Shown one piece after another: positions 38,972 to 49,415 of a DNA stretch of 64,000 bases. Positions within the stretch are counted from its first letter, which is position 1, and every line of letters begins with the position of its first letter. The notes beneath the pieces are model-generated. The model did not search any database, was not told the DNA's origin, and saw only the letters and a list, made by a program, of their open reading frames with translations. Position numbers and translations under genes: made by a program. The DNA is from an uncultured Chloroflexia bacterium (lineage in GTDB: Bacteria > Chloroflexota > Anaerolineae > Anaerolineales > UBA4823), in assembly GCA_963736805.1 (NCBI GenBank), contig CAVTQM010000063.1:18324-82323 (forward strand), in the 5' to 3' direction.

Positions 38972-40029
38972 ATGTATAAAGTATAAACCTGCTTTTTGTT
39001 GTTGTAATGATCGTGGCTTTGCTACTGAATGCTTGTACCAGTCCTGCCACGCCTGAACCAACAATACAAATAAGTGAACCAACCGAAGCTCCTGCTCTCT
39101 GAGCCAACGGCTGGAATGACGAGGCATACTGCCTGAGGTTGATCCTGCCAGTGTTTCCGGTGACATCATTGCAGCTGGCTCATCCACCGTCTACCCCCTG
39201 GCTGAAGTGATGGCTGACCGTTTCAAAGACGAAGGCTTTTCCGGCAATATCACCATCGACAGCATTGGCTCAGGTGCGGGTTTTGAGCGTTTTTGCAAGA
39301 CGGGTGAGACCGATATTACCAATGCTTCGCGGAAGATCAAGGAATTGTAGGTGGAGAGTTGCACAGCCATTGGTCGCACACCGATCGAGTTCCGTGTGGG
39401 CACCGATGCTTTGGCGATCGTGGTGAGCAGTGAGAATGACTTCCTGACCGATGTGACCGTTGAAGAGCTGGGAATGATCTTCTCCAGCGAGGGGGTCAAG
39501 TGGTCAGATGTGCGTGCCGAGTGGCCTAACGAGGACATCCTGCGCTTCAGCCCAGGCACCGTCTCGGCACCTTCGACTACTTCGTGGAAGTGGTGATGGA
39601 CCCGCTCTATCCAAATGCTGAGGGTAAGCCTGACCTGGAAGCTGGTGAGGCGTCGATCCTGAATGCTGAGAACATCCAATTCTCGGAGGACGGTACAACG
39701 TGCTGGTGCAGGGAGTGGAAGGCTCACCGTATGCGATTGGATACTTCGGGTATGCCTACTATGCTGAAAATCAGGGCAACTTGAAAGCGCTCTCGGTTGA
39801 TGGTGTTGCCCCTTCCGTGGAGACTGCAGAGAACGGCGAGTACCCGCTGGCGCGTCCCCTGTTTATCTACTCGGATGCCGCTATCCTGCAGGCCAAACCG
39901 CAGGTAGCTGCCTTCATCAATTTTTTCTTGAGCTTTGTCAATGAGGAAATCCTGTCAGTGGGTTACTTCCCCGCCAGCCAGGAAGCTCTCGATGTTGCCA
40001 TGCAAAGCTGGCTTAATGCTATGGAATAA
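38972..40029 (+). pseudogene. pstS: Phosphate ABC transporter substrate-binding lipoprotein; about 4 frame disruptions
   Basis: GGAGG upstream of ATG 38972. Fragments read AAGSSTVYPLAEVMADRFKDEGF...IDSIGSGAGFERF and GSPYAIGYFGYAYY...YPLARPLFIY. Confidence 0.8.
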
Positions 40030-40162
40030 AGTTATCATCTTCCCTGCTTGGGAAGTATTGATAATTCCCCGGGTGTTGGAGCTGGATCTAAAGCCTCAAC
40101 ACCCTTGCCTGTAAGGTAGGTAATGTCTGCTATCAAAAAATTAAGTAAAATTGAAGTCCGAA

Positions 40163-41091
40163 ATGAGTATCAAGCTGATATCCCAATCGACTGAAGTCAA
40201 TTCCTTACACCGCCGCCCGCGGCGTGTGGAATTCCTGATTCGGGGGTTTCTATTCTTTTGTGGGGCATTTTCAATCGTGACCGACGCTTGGCATCGTTTA
40301 CGAATTGGGTAAAGAAGCCCTGTTGTTCTTCCGCAACCCGGAGGTGGATTTGTGGAGGTTTTTCACGGGCACCAAGTGGCAGCCACAAGCGGGTTTTTCG
40401 GCGTCTTCCTTTGGTGAATTCGACATTGATGACGACAGCCATAGCCCTGCTATTGCACGACCACTCGGCCTGGCGGTTGCGATTTACTTGAGTGAATATG
40501 CATCTCGCCCACGCACGCGTCCCTCAAACCCATTCTTGAAATCTTGGCGGGCATTCCCACGGTTGTGTATGGTTATTTTGCGTTTACGTTCATGACCCCT
40601 GCTTCGTTCGATTTTTGGCAAGGATATTGTAGAAATTTATAATATGGCATCCGGCGGTAGTGATGGGTATTTTGATCCTGCCGCTGATCACTTCGATGAG
40701 TGAGGATGCTCTCTCTGCAGTGCCCGCGCGTTGCGTGAGGCGGCTTATGCGCTGGGGAGCTACCAAGCTGGAGACCGCCGTCAAGGTGGTGGTGCCGGCT
40801 GCCATTTCCGGGCTGGCGGCGGCTTTCGTCGTTGGTATATCGCGTGCCATTGGTGAGACGATGATCGTTGCGATCGCAGTGGGAGCCGGGCCAAACTTTA
40901 CCTTCAATCCCTTCAAGGGTGCTGAGACGATGACCGGTCACATCGTGCGCATCTCGGGGGGTGACCTGAGTTATGATTCGATCGATTATGACAGCCTGTT
41001 TGCCATTGGTTTATTACTCTTCGTTATCACCCTTGGTCTGAATATCATCAGCCAGCGTATCGTGCGTCGTTTCCGGGAGACTTACGAATGA
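40163..41091 (+). pseudogene. pstC: Phosphate ABC transporter permease PstC; several frame disruptions
   Basis: [26 protein letters not shown]-like and EDALSAVP..LREAAYALGATKLET-like EAA loop segments are spread over frames. The tail ISRAIGETMIVAIAVG...RIVRRFRETYE is intact. Confidence 0.75.
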
Positions 41092-42337
41092 GCACGGCTA
41101 CGAGTGGCACGCGCCTGCCTCCACACTTTGAATCCAACCTCCCACCACGCAATCGGAAGGCTTCCCTCTGGCGCACTCTTTTTCAACTTTCCACCACCAT
41201 CGGCATGATCATGCTGCTGTTATTGCTCTATAAGATTGTTAATGAATCCTTTGGTCTGGTAGCGATCGACAACAAGATCGACCCTGCCAGCCTGGCGGTG
41301 GACGGCGTGCCGATCGAGGAGCTTGACCAGGCGACTCTGATCACCATCATCGAGGAGAATGTCTCGAAAGGTAAGTTTCGCCAATTAGAGCGTGAACAAC
41401 CCCTTGCCGAGCGCACCTGGGAGGAAGTCTACCAGGTGGTCATCGATGATGTCGTCCAGCCGAAGGATATTGTCGGCACCTGGACTTGGTCGAGTCGCTC
41501 ACCCGCAGGGAGGAAGATTGTGGCAGAGGTGGAGCAGGAGCACCCCCAGGCTACCGTCAATTTCACCTCATGGATCGACTCGCAGTTCGTCACTTCTCCG
41601 CAATCCTCGGATGTGCTGAAAGCCGGTGTGCGCACTGCCTTGCTTGGCTCACTGTGGATTATCGCCATCACGATTATGGTAGCCTTACCGATCGGAATTG
41701 GCGCGGCGATCTACCTGGAAGAATACGCCTCAGACAACTGGTTCAACCGGATGATCCAGACGAATATCAACAACCTGGCGGGCGTTCCGTCCATCATCTA
41801 TGGCATCCTGGGACTGGCAATCTTTGTGCGTGTTATGGACCCTTAACCAGCGGAGCTATATTTGGTTTTACGGATCCGACCACCCAATGGGCGCACCATC
41901 CTCTCTGCCGGGTTGACCATGGCATTGCTGGTCTGCCAGTGTTGATCATCAACGTGCAGGAGGCTATCCGGGCGGTTCCCAACTCGTTGCGGGAAGGCGC
42001 TTACGGTCTGGGTGCTACAAAGTGGCAGACCATCTGGTATCATGTGCTCCCCAATGCCATGCCGGGCATTCTGACTGGCACGATCCTGTCGGTATCGCGA
42101 TCCATCGGCGAGACCGCGCCTGCTGGTGGTGATTGGTGCTGCCACCTACATCACCTTCGACCCAATGGCCCCTTCTCCAAGTTCACCACCCTGCCCATTC
42201 AGATCTATCAATGGACCTCGCGCGCGCAGCGCGAGTATCACAACATTGCTGCAGCGGCCATACTGGTGTTATTGCTCTTACTCAGTCTTAATGCCGCTGC
42301 AATTCTTCTTCGTAACCGCTACAGGCGGAGATATTAG
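41088..42337 (+). pseudogene. pstA: Phosphate ABC transporter permease PstA (with long N-terminal periplasmic insert); several frame disruptions
   Basis: IGIGAAIYLEEYA, INNLAGVPSIIYG, AVPNSLREGAYGLGATKWQTIW, SIGETAP. ATG 41088 overlaps the pstC stop. Confidence 0.75.
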
Positions 42338-42345
42338 AATATAAT

Positions 42346-43140
42346 ATGTCAGACACAATATAAATTTTGCGATTCAAGCCCAAAACTTGAACGTTTTTTA
42401 TGGCGACTTCCGGCTGTAAAAGATGTAGACATGTCCATTGAGCGCAAGAAGGTCACCGCCATCATTGGTCCCTCCGGGTGCGGAAAGAGCACTGTGCTGC
42501 GCTCTTTCAACCGTATGAACGAGTTGGTGCCCTCCGCTCGTTGCGAAGGTCAGGTGATATTTTCATGGGTCAAAATATCTATGACCGCCAGGTGGACCCG
42601 GTGGAAGTGCGCCGGCGTATCGGCATGGTCTTTCAAAAGCCCAACCCCTTTACCAAGAGCATCTATGAGAATGTTGCCTGGGGTGCCAGGTTAAATGGCT
42701 TTAAAGGCGGAATAGGCAGACCCAGCATGGATGAGTGGGTGGAATACTGCCTGCACAAGGCCGCATTATGGGACGAGGTCAAAGACAAACTCAAGCAGAG
42801 CGGTTTGTCACTCTCCGGTGGGCAGCAGCAACGCTTGTGCATCGCCCGCGCCCTGGCAGTCTCACCGGAAGTCATCTTGATGGATGAACCAGCTTCTGCT
42901 CTCGACCCAATCGCCACGCTGAAGATCGAAGAGCTGATGCGCGAATTGGCAGAAGAATATACAATTATCGTGGTTACTCACAACATGCAGCAGGCGGCGC
43001 GTGTCTCTGACTTTACCGCTTTCTTCAATATGGACAGAGACCGGGCTGGGTACCTGGTGGAGTATGGACCAACCACCCAGATTTTCACCATCCCGCAAAA
43101 TAAACTGACTGAAGATTACATTACCGGTAGATTTGGTTAA
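42346..43140 (+). pseudogene. pstB: Phosphate import ATP-binding protein PstB; about 3 frame disruptions
   Basis: [54 protein letters not shown]. Confidence 0.85.
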
Positions 43141-43154
43141 TATTAGGAGAATTT

Positions 43155-43842
43155 ATGACACGCGAACGCTTTGACCGACAATTGCAGATGCTGCTGGATC
43201 AGGTTCTCGTTCTAGGGAGTATGGTGGAGCAATCTGTGCTCGATTCTCTCGATGCCCTAAAAAGGCGTGACCAGGCTGCTGCCCGTCGCATCTATGAACA
43301 AGACCAAAAAGTTAATGAAAAACGCTATTCTATTGAGAGCGGCTGTGTCACCCTGATCGCCACCCAGCAGCCGATGGCACGCGATGTGACGTTTTTTGGC
43401 TGCCATCCTTGAAATCATCACCGAGCTGGAGCGTATTGGTGATTATGCCAAGGGCATCAGCAAGATCAATCTTCTTCTCAGCGAGGAGACGATTGATCCG
43501 TTTATCTTGATTGATTTACAACAAATGGCCAAGCTGGGTCTGGATATGCTCCGGCGTTCCCTGGATGCTTTCGTTGCCGGTGATGAAAAGATTGCCCGAG
43601 AAATCCCGGACGAAGATGATGCCGTGGACGAGCTGTACAACCAGATCTACCGCAAACTGGTGGAGCAGATGATCGCTGAACCTGAAACCATTGACCGTGC
43701 CAACCACATGATGTGGGCTGCACATAACCTGGAGCGTATGGCTGATCGGGTGACCAACATTTGTGAACGTATTGTTTACGTGGCTACCGGTGAAATGAGA
43801 GAGTTGGATACAAGCGAGGGGTATGAAGCAGGCCTCAATTGA
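43155..43842 (+). CDS. phoU: Phosphate signalling modulator PhoU; one frame disruption near 43390
   Basis: Two PhoU repeats ([12 protein letters not shown]..., [10 protein letters not shown] and DDAVDELY..., [14 protein letters not shown]). Confidence 0.85.
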
Positions 43843-44254
43843 TGAATAAAAAGAAAGTATTATTCCTGTGCACGGGAAATTCCTGCCGGTCACAGATGGC
43901 TGAAGCGATTGTGAATGCTCAATTGGGTGACCGATGGGAAGCTTTCAGTGCTGGTTCTCATCCAGCCGGGTATGTTCATCAATTGGCGATTAAAGGCTCT
44001 ATCGGAGATTGGGATCGACCATCAGGGCAGGTCAAAGTCCATGGACGAATTCCACGGTCTGTCATTTGATTTGGTTGTCACATTATGCGACCAGGCTGCT
44101 GATGAATGCCCTGTGTGGTTGGGAAGAGGAAAGCGGGTTCATATGCCCTTTCCAGATCCGGCGAAAGTGAATGGAAATGAAGATGAGAAAATGGCAGCCT
44201 TTCGGAGAGTTCGCGATCAGGATTGCCAGGGGGATACCCCAGCTGCTTGAGTAA
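43842..44254 (+). CDS. Low-molecular-weight phosphatase family protein (thioredoxin-coupled ArsC-type arsenate reductase candidate); two frame disruptions
   Basis: [18 protein letters not shown]-loop and [14 protein letters not shown]. The ATG overlaps the phoU stop by 1 nt (TGATG). Confidence 0.7.
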
Positions 44255-44276
44255 TCGAAACATGGAGACTAACTGA

Positions 44277-45606
44277 TTATTTAGCCTTACGTACGATCAC
44301 GCGCAAGCCATCAACTCGAATTACCTCGACCCGCGTCCCGGAAGGCAGGCTTGCGCTTTCATCTTCCAGATTGGCTGACCACAATTCACCCCCAACCTGC
44401 ACGCTGCCGCTCGGAGAAAGGTCTGTTCTGGCGGTGCCTATCCGGCCGCTCATGCTTTCTCTACCCACCTTGATGGGAGCCCGTTGGGCACGCACCGCGA
44501 TCATCATGATCACAAAGAAGACGGCTCCGCTGACCAACGAGACCCCCACTACCAGCGGTACTGAGACGTGTTGGAAGCTGGGGGTGGCTGGGGTGTTGAA
44601 TAATACCAACGCACCAATAATAAGGCTGCCAATCCCTGCCGCAGTGAGTGCCCCATGGGTAGGTGCCTTGATATCCAGGATGAATAACACGAATGATGTG
44701 ATGATGAATAGCAGACCGAACCAGTTTACCGGCAGGATGCCCAAGCCATAAGTGGCTATTGCCAGGCACACAACACCGATGAAACCAGCCACCCAACCAC
44801 CAGGGCTGGTGATCTCAAAAATAAGAGCCTGGACACCGATCGTGATAAGCAAAAAAACGATATTGGGGTCAGTTACGATCAGGAGCGCCTGTTCGATAAT
44901 CGAGATATTTATGGGAACAAAACTGGCATTGGCGGTATGTAAGGTGACCGGTTGCCCGCCGACAGTCACGGTGAAAGCCGTCCAGCTGGTTACGCAGCTG
45001 ATTTAAATCGACCGAGATGAAATCGATCAACCCGGCTTGAAGGGCTTCACTGGCGGAAGCTGCGCTTGCATTCTGGATGGTATCTTCAGCCAGGGCGACT
45101 GCTGCAGGACCGCGTCTTTCGGTCAGGGAACGGGCAGCAGCAGCTGTGGCGTTCTTTACCTTGGCTTCTTCAGTTGTACCCAGATCTTCCCCCTGACCTC
45201 CCACCGGGCTGGCTGCCCCGATCATGGTTTTTGGTGCCATTGAGGACGCATGCCCTGCCAGGGTGATGATGGTGCCAGCGCTGGCAGCCATGGCTCCCGA
45301 TGGGGCGACATAAACGATGACAGGGACTGTGGAAGCGAGGATCATCTGCTCCATCTCGGTCATCGTGTCAATCGAACCACCAGGGGTATTGAGTTGAAAT
45401 ATCAATGCCTCTGCACCCTGGCGCTCTGCGATCTTAATCCCACGTGACAGGTATTGTGCCATGGCGGGGGTGATCGGACCATCTGCAGTCAGCACGAGTA
45501 TTTCCGAGCCTTCGCCTTGGGCATGAACCGGAAGGTTGAAGATTGGGCTCAAACTGACCAGGCTGAGCCAAACCAGGAATAGAATTCGCTTGTATCTCAT
45601 TTTCAC
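44277..45606 (-). CDS. NfeD-family membrane-bound ClpP-class serine protease; one frame disruption near 44900
   Basis: Signal peptide, then LNTPGGSIDTM and GAMAASAGT in ORF 44869..45606. TM bundle and C-terminal OB domain (GELWSA...GTRVEVIRVDGLRVIV) in ORF 44277..44969. Confidence 0.8.
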
Positions 45607-45789
45607 TCGATTATTGTACCTTACATTAATAACTAAATACTCAGATTATATTAGTTACAGGGCCAGGGAAATCTTCGCAGCAATGAATTAGGAAGTTATG
45701 CCCATAAACCAATTTGGTATGGTTTTATCGATATATTTTCTTTGTGTCCGTCTTGTTCTTTGTGGTTATCATAAGGTTATAAGTTCAGG

Positions 45790-45798
45790 TGTTATAAT
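45790..45798 (+). promoter_or_regulatory. Extended -10 element (TGtTATAAT) 6 nt upstream of ATG 45805 (leaderless arrangement)
   Basis: TGTTATAAT at 45790-45798, CCCGCC spacer, then ATG. There is no Shine-Dalgarno sequence. Confidence 0.45.
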
Positions 45799-45804
45799 CC
45801 CGCC

Positions 45805-47147
45805 ATGCGCGGCCGATTTTCATCCAAATACCTGCTTGCCATCCCTGTTCTGTGTGTGCTGGCAATTTTGCTGTACAACGTCCCATTCATCCACAGCCGC
45901 CTGGCATGGCGGATTGATAATTTACGCGTGCGCATCCAATACGCCCTCAACCCACCTGAGCAGGCAGTTTTCCAGCCTCAGGAGCAGGCAGAGCTGGAAA
46001 ACCAGGTGGATGCCATCGTCAATGCCACCCTGACTGCCCTGGCGCCCACCTCCACCCCCACGGCGATTACTCCCACATCTACCCCAATCGGTCCTACCTC
46101 TACACCGATGCCTTCCCCAACCCCCACCTTATCACCCACTCCTTTGCCGGATTTCTGTCAGGTTGGAGGGAGTCAAGTATGAAGACCAGCATAATCGCTA
46201 TAACTTCTGCGGTCCGGCAAACCTATCCATGGCACTTACGTTTTGGGGCTGGGATGGCAACCGCGACACGGTTGGCGAGTATGTTAAAACCAATACAGGA
46301 TGACAAGAATGTCATGCCTTATGAGCTGCAGGATTTCGTCCTGACCCAGCCCGATGGTTATGGAGCACTCATCCGTTATGGTGGTGATATCGACTTACTG
46401 AAGAAGCTGGTGGCAGGTGGCTTCCCGGTGGTGACTGAAAAAGGTTACTATACCTACGATATGACCGGGCGCTATGGCTGGTTGGGGCACTACCAGTTTG
46501 TCACCGGTTACGATGATGCCAAGGGTGTGCTGGTGGTGCAGGACACGTATATTCCGCAGGGTGAGAACCACGAATTCCCTTATGCTGATTTCAACGATGG
46601 TTGGCGCTCGTTCGATAACCTTTTCATGGTGGTATACCCGCTCGAGCGTGAAGCGGAGCTGCTGAAGTTGCTCGGTGACTATGCTGATACGGATTGGTCC
46701 AGCCGGCGTGCCCTGGAGGTTGCCACCAACGAGACCTCTACCCTGTCTGGTATTGACCAGTATTTTGCTGCTTTCAATACTGGTACCAGCCATGTCAACC
46801 TGAAGGAATACGTGGATGCCGCCTATGCCTATGATTATGCCTTCCAGTTATATGCCAACCTGCCGGATGACGACCAGCGGCCATTTCGCATGCTTTGGTA
46901 CCAGACCGGACCGTATTTTGCGTATTATTACAGCGGGCGCTACCAGGATGTGATCGACCTTGCCAATGTCACCTTCAACACGATTGGTGATGATGTCCTC
47001 GAGGAAACCTGGTACTGGCGCGGCATGGGAGAGCTGGCCCTGGGTCAGACGGATGCCGCCATCGCTGATTTTCGCGAAAGCGTGCGCCTGCACCCAGGCT
47101 TCGCACCCGGCCTCTATCAATTGGAACAGCTGGGCGTATCACCCTGA
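45805..47147 (+). CDS. Membrane-anchored C39-like (peptidase_C39_2) cysteine peptidase domain protein with Pro/Thr linker and C-terminal TPR; two frame disruptions
   Basis: TM anchor YLLAIPVLCVLAILLY. Linker PTSTPTAITPTSTPIGPTSTPMPSPTPT. The intermediate frame reads YNFCGPANLSMALTFWGW (catalytic Cys context). TPR-like tail. Confidence 0.65.
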
Positions 47148-47179
47148 TCCTTGATGCAAATCGTTTGGGAGGGAATTCA

Positions 47180-48478
47180 ATGCTGACCATTCTTCACTTT
47201 GCCGATGCGCATATCGATATGGCCAACAAAGGCCGGCATGACCCTGTTAGTGGGCTGCCGCTACGCGTGCAGGATTTCTTGAAGTCACTCGATACCATCG
47301 TTAACACCGCCATTGCCGAGAAGGTTGACCTGGTGTTGTTTGCCGGGGATGCCTACAAGGACCGTAATCCAGCGCCTACCTTCCAGCGGGAGTGGGGGAA
47401 GAGAGTGATGCGCCTCTCCAGGGCAGGCATCCCAACCCTGTTGCTGGTTGGAAACCATGACACTTCACCCACCCTGGGTCGTGCGCACACCCTTGATCCA
47501 TTCAGTACCCTCGAAGTGCCCAATGTTTTGGTGTTGGATCGCCCGGCATTTTATAAACCAGCCGATCTGTGGGGTTTGCCCCTGCAGGTCATTGCCTTGC
47601 CGTGGATTTCACGGGCAGGTCTGATGGCCAGCCAGGAGATAAGTGCGGTCAACCTGGGAGAGGTCAACGAAGCCATTGAAGAGCGGCTGACTGCCATCGT
47701 GAAGAATTCATTGGACGAGGCTGACCCAAACCTCCTGTGGTGCTGACCGCTCATGCCTCGGTGCAGGGTGCCACCTATGGTGGCGAGCGTACCGTCATGT
47801 CTCACCGCCCATGCCTCGGTGCAGGGAGCAACCTACGGTGGCGAGCGTACCGTCATGCTGGGGAGTGACCTGGTGCTGCCGGGCTCGCTCGTCCGCGACC
47901 CACGCCTGGACTATGTTGCCTTGGGGCATATCCATAAATCCCAAAATTTGAATGAGAATGCCCACCCCCCTGTCATCTACCCCGGGTCGATCGAGCGGGT
48001 GGATTTTGGTGAAGCAGCCGACGATAAATTCTTCGTCATCGCCCACCTGGAACATGGTCACACGGAAGTGGAATGGCGCAAGCTGAAGGATATCCGCCCC
48101 TTTGTCGATCGCAATCTTCGTCTGAAAAGCCCGGAGGATGTTACCCATCAGCTGCAGAAAAGCCTGCCACCCGCCTCAAAGCTGGAGGGTGCCATCGTGC
48201 GCCTGGTTTTGGAATATCCGCCTGAATGGGAGACACTGATCGACGAGGTGGCATTAAGGGAATATGCCGCTGGGGCATTTGAGTTCCAACTGATCCGGCG
48301 ACCAATGCAGGAAGCGCGTGCCCGCCTGGCCCAGGACGAGACCATCGAGAGCCTGACCCCGCTGGAGCTGCTGGACCGCTTCCTGCGCCTCAGCCATGTC
48401 GAGCCATCCGAGCGGGATGACCTGCAAAAGCTAGCCCAAGCGGTTATGGAAGAACCGGAAAATTTGATATTGACTTAA
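47180..48478 (+). CDS. sbcD: Exonuclease SbcD (Mre11-type nuclease), disrupted by a tandem duplication at 47743-47857
   Basis: GGAGGG upstream of ATG 47180. Phosphoesterase motifs ILHFADAH, FAGDAYKD, VGNHD and GHIH. Confidence 0.85.
47743..47857 (+). repeat. Imperfect tandem direct repeat (57 nt + 58 nt) inside sbcD
   Basis: Both copies encode LTAHASVQGATYGGERTVM. They differ only at five third-codon positions (ctg/ctc, gct/gcc, ggt/gga, gcc/gca, tat/tac) plus one junction T. Confidence 0.9.
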
Positions 48479-48494
48479 GCTTCAGTAGATAAGC

Positions 48495-49163
48495 TCAATC
48501 GCCGGTAAGTGCATCGGTGGGTGTGCGTTGCTGGCTCATCTTAAATTTACTGACAACCCCGTTCATCAATAAAACCGTACGCCAGAAGGCAACCGCAGCC
48601 ATTCCGTGAGCCAGGACGGCAAACACCGGTGGGGTTTGAAATGTGTAGTATGTCCAGCATTCCCGGGTGGTGCCCCATCGCTCAAGAAAATATCCCAGCC
48701 CCGCACCAGCCACAAAAGTCAGTACTGCCAGACGGTGGTTTGTGGGAGTGAGGATTAGAAAGCTTACCAACCCCAGCGCACAAATGGTTAAGGATTTGTC
48801 CAGGGTGGGGCGAACGAAGGTGAGCATCATGACAAAAAATACTGGAAAAACGACCCAGTAGGTGATTTTGAACCATTGATTACCCACTCGTGGGATATTT
48901 TTATGGAATATGCGAACCAGGCGGTCGATGGATAAGCTGGCGATCGGCCAGGCGGGGATGATCCATAGCGGAGGGCGTTCGGCTGTGTAATAATGCCACA
49001 GGTTGGTCTGGGTGCCCCAAGATTCGATCACCAGCCCACCAACCATGCCCACCAGGATGATCTTGAGATCAACCCGCAAGTCTGCACCTGCCATGATCAG
49101 CATTGACATGAACAGGAAGATACCCAGCAAGCAGCCAATCCAGGTACAGCCACCAGTTGCCAT
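48495..49163 (-). CDS. Polytopic membrane protein with an internal duplication (unknown family); the N-terminus probably extends to ~49336 in another frame
   Basis: Two repeats, ESWGTQTNLWHYYTAERPPLW and ERWGTTRECWTYYTFQTPPVF, each followed by TM helices. The upstream ORF 49097..49336 is also hydrophobic. Confidence 0.55.
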   Translation of the reverse strand: MATGGCTWIGCLLGIFLFMSMLIMAGADLRVDLKIILVGMVGGLVIESWGTQTNLWHYYTAERPPLWIIPAWPIASLSIDRLVRIFHKNIPRVGNQWFKITYWVVFPVFFVMMLTFVRPTLDKSLTICALGLVSFLILTPTNHRLAVLTFVAGAGLGYFLERWGTTRECWTYYTFQTPPVFAVLAHGMAAVAFWRTVLLMNGVVSKFKMSQQRTPTDALTGD

Positions 49164-49415
49164 GCCAATCGATATAAGAAAGGTATTCTTTGGCCAATGG
49201 CCACCAGATATAACCCAATAGGAACAAGGTGAGCAGGAAACCGCTCAGCAGGAAATAAGAGTGGCTTCGTCCACCCCATCCAAGATGACAATCGCTTGCG
49301 TGTAGTCAAGGGTCTTGAATGCGTCTCTGGTGCCATGAGAGAATTTTACTATATTAAGAAAAATAGGGTTTCAAAGGCAGTGCGATTATACTTAAGCCCA
49401 TAGAATGGAGGCAGG

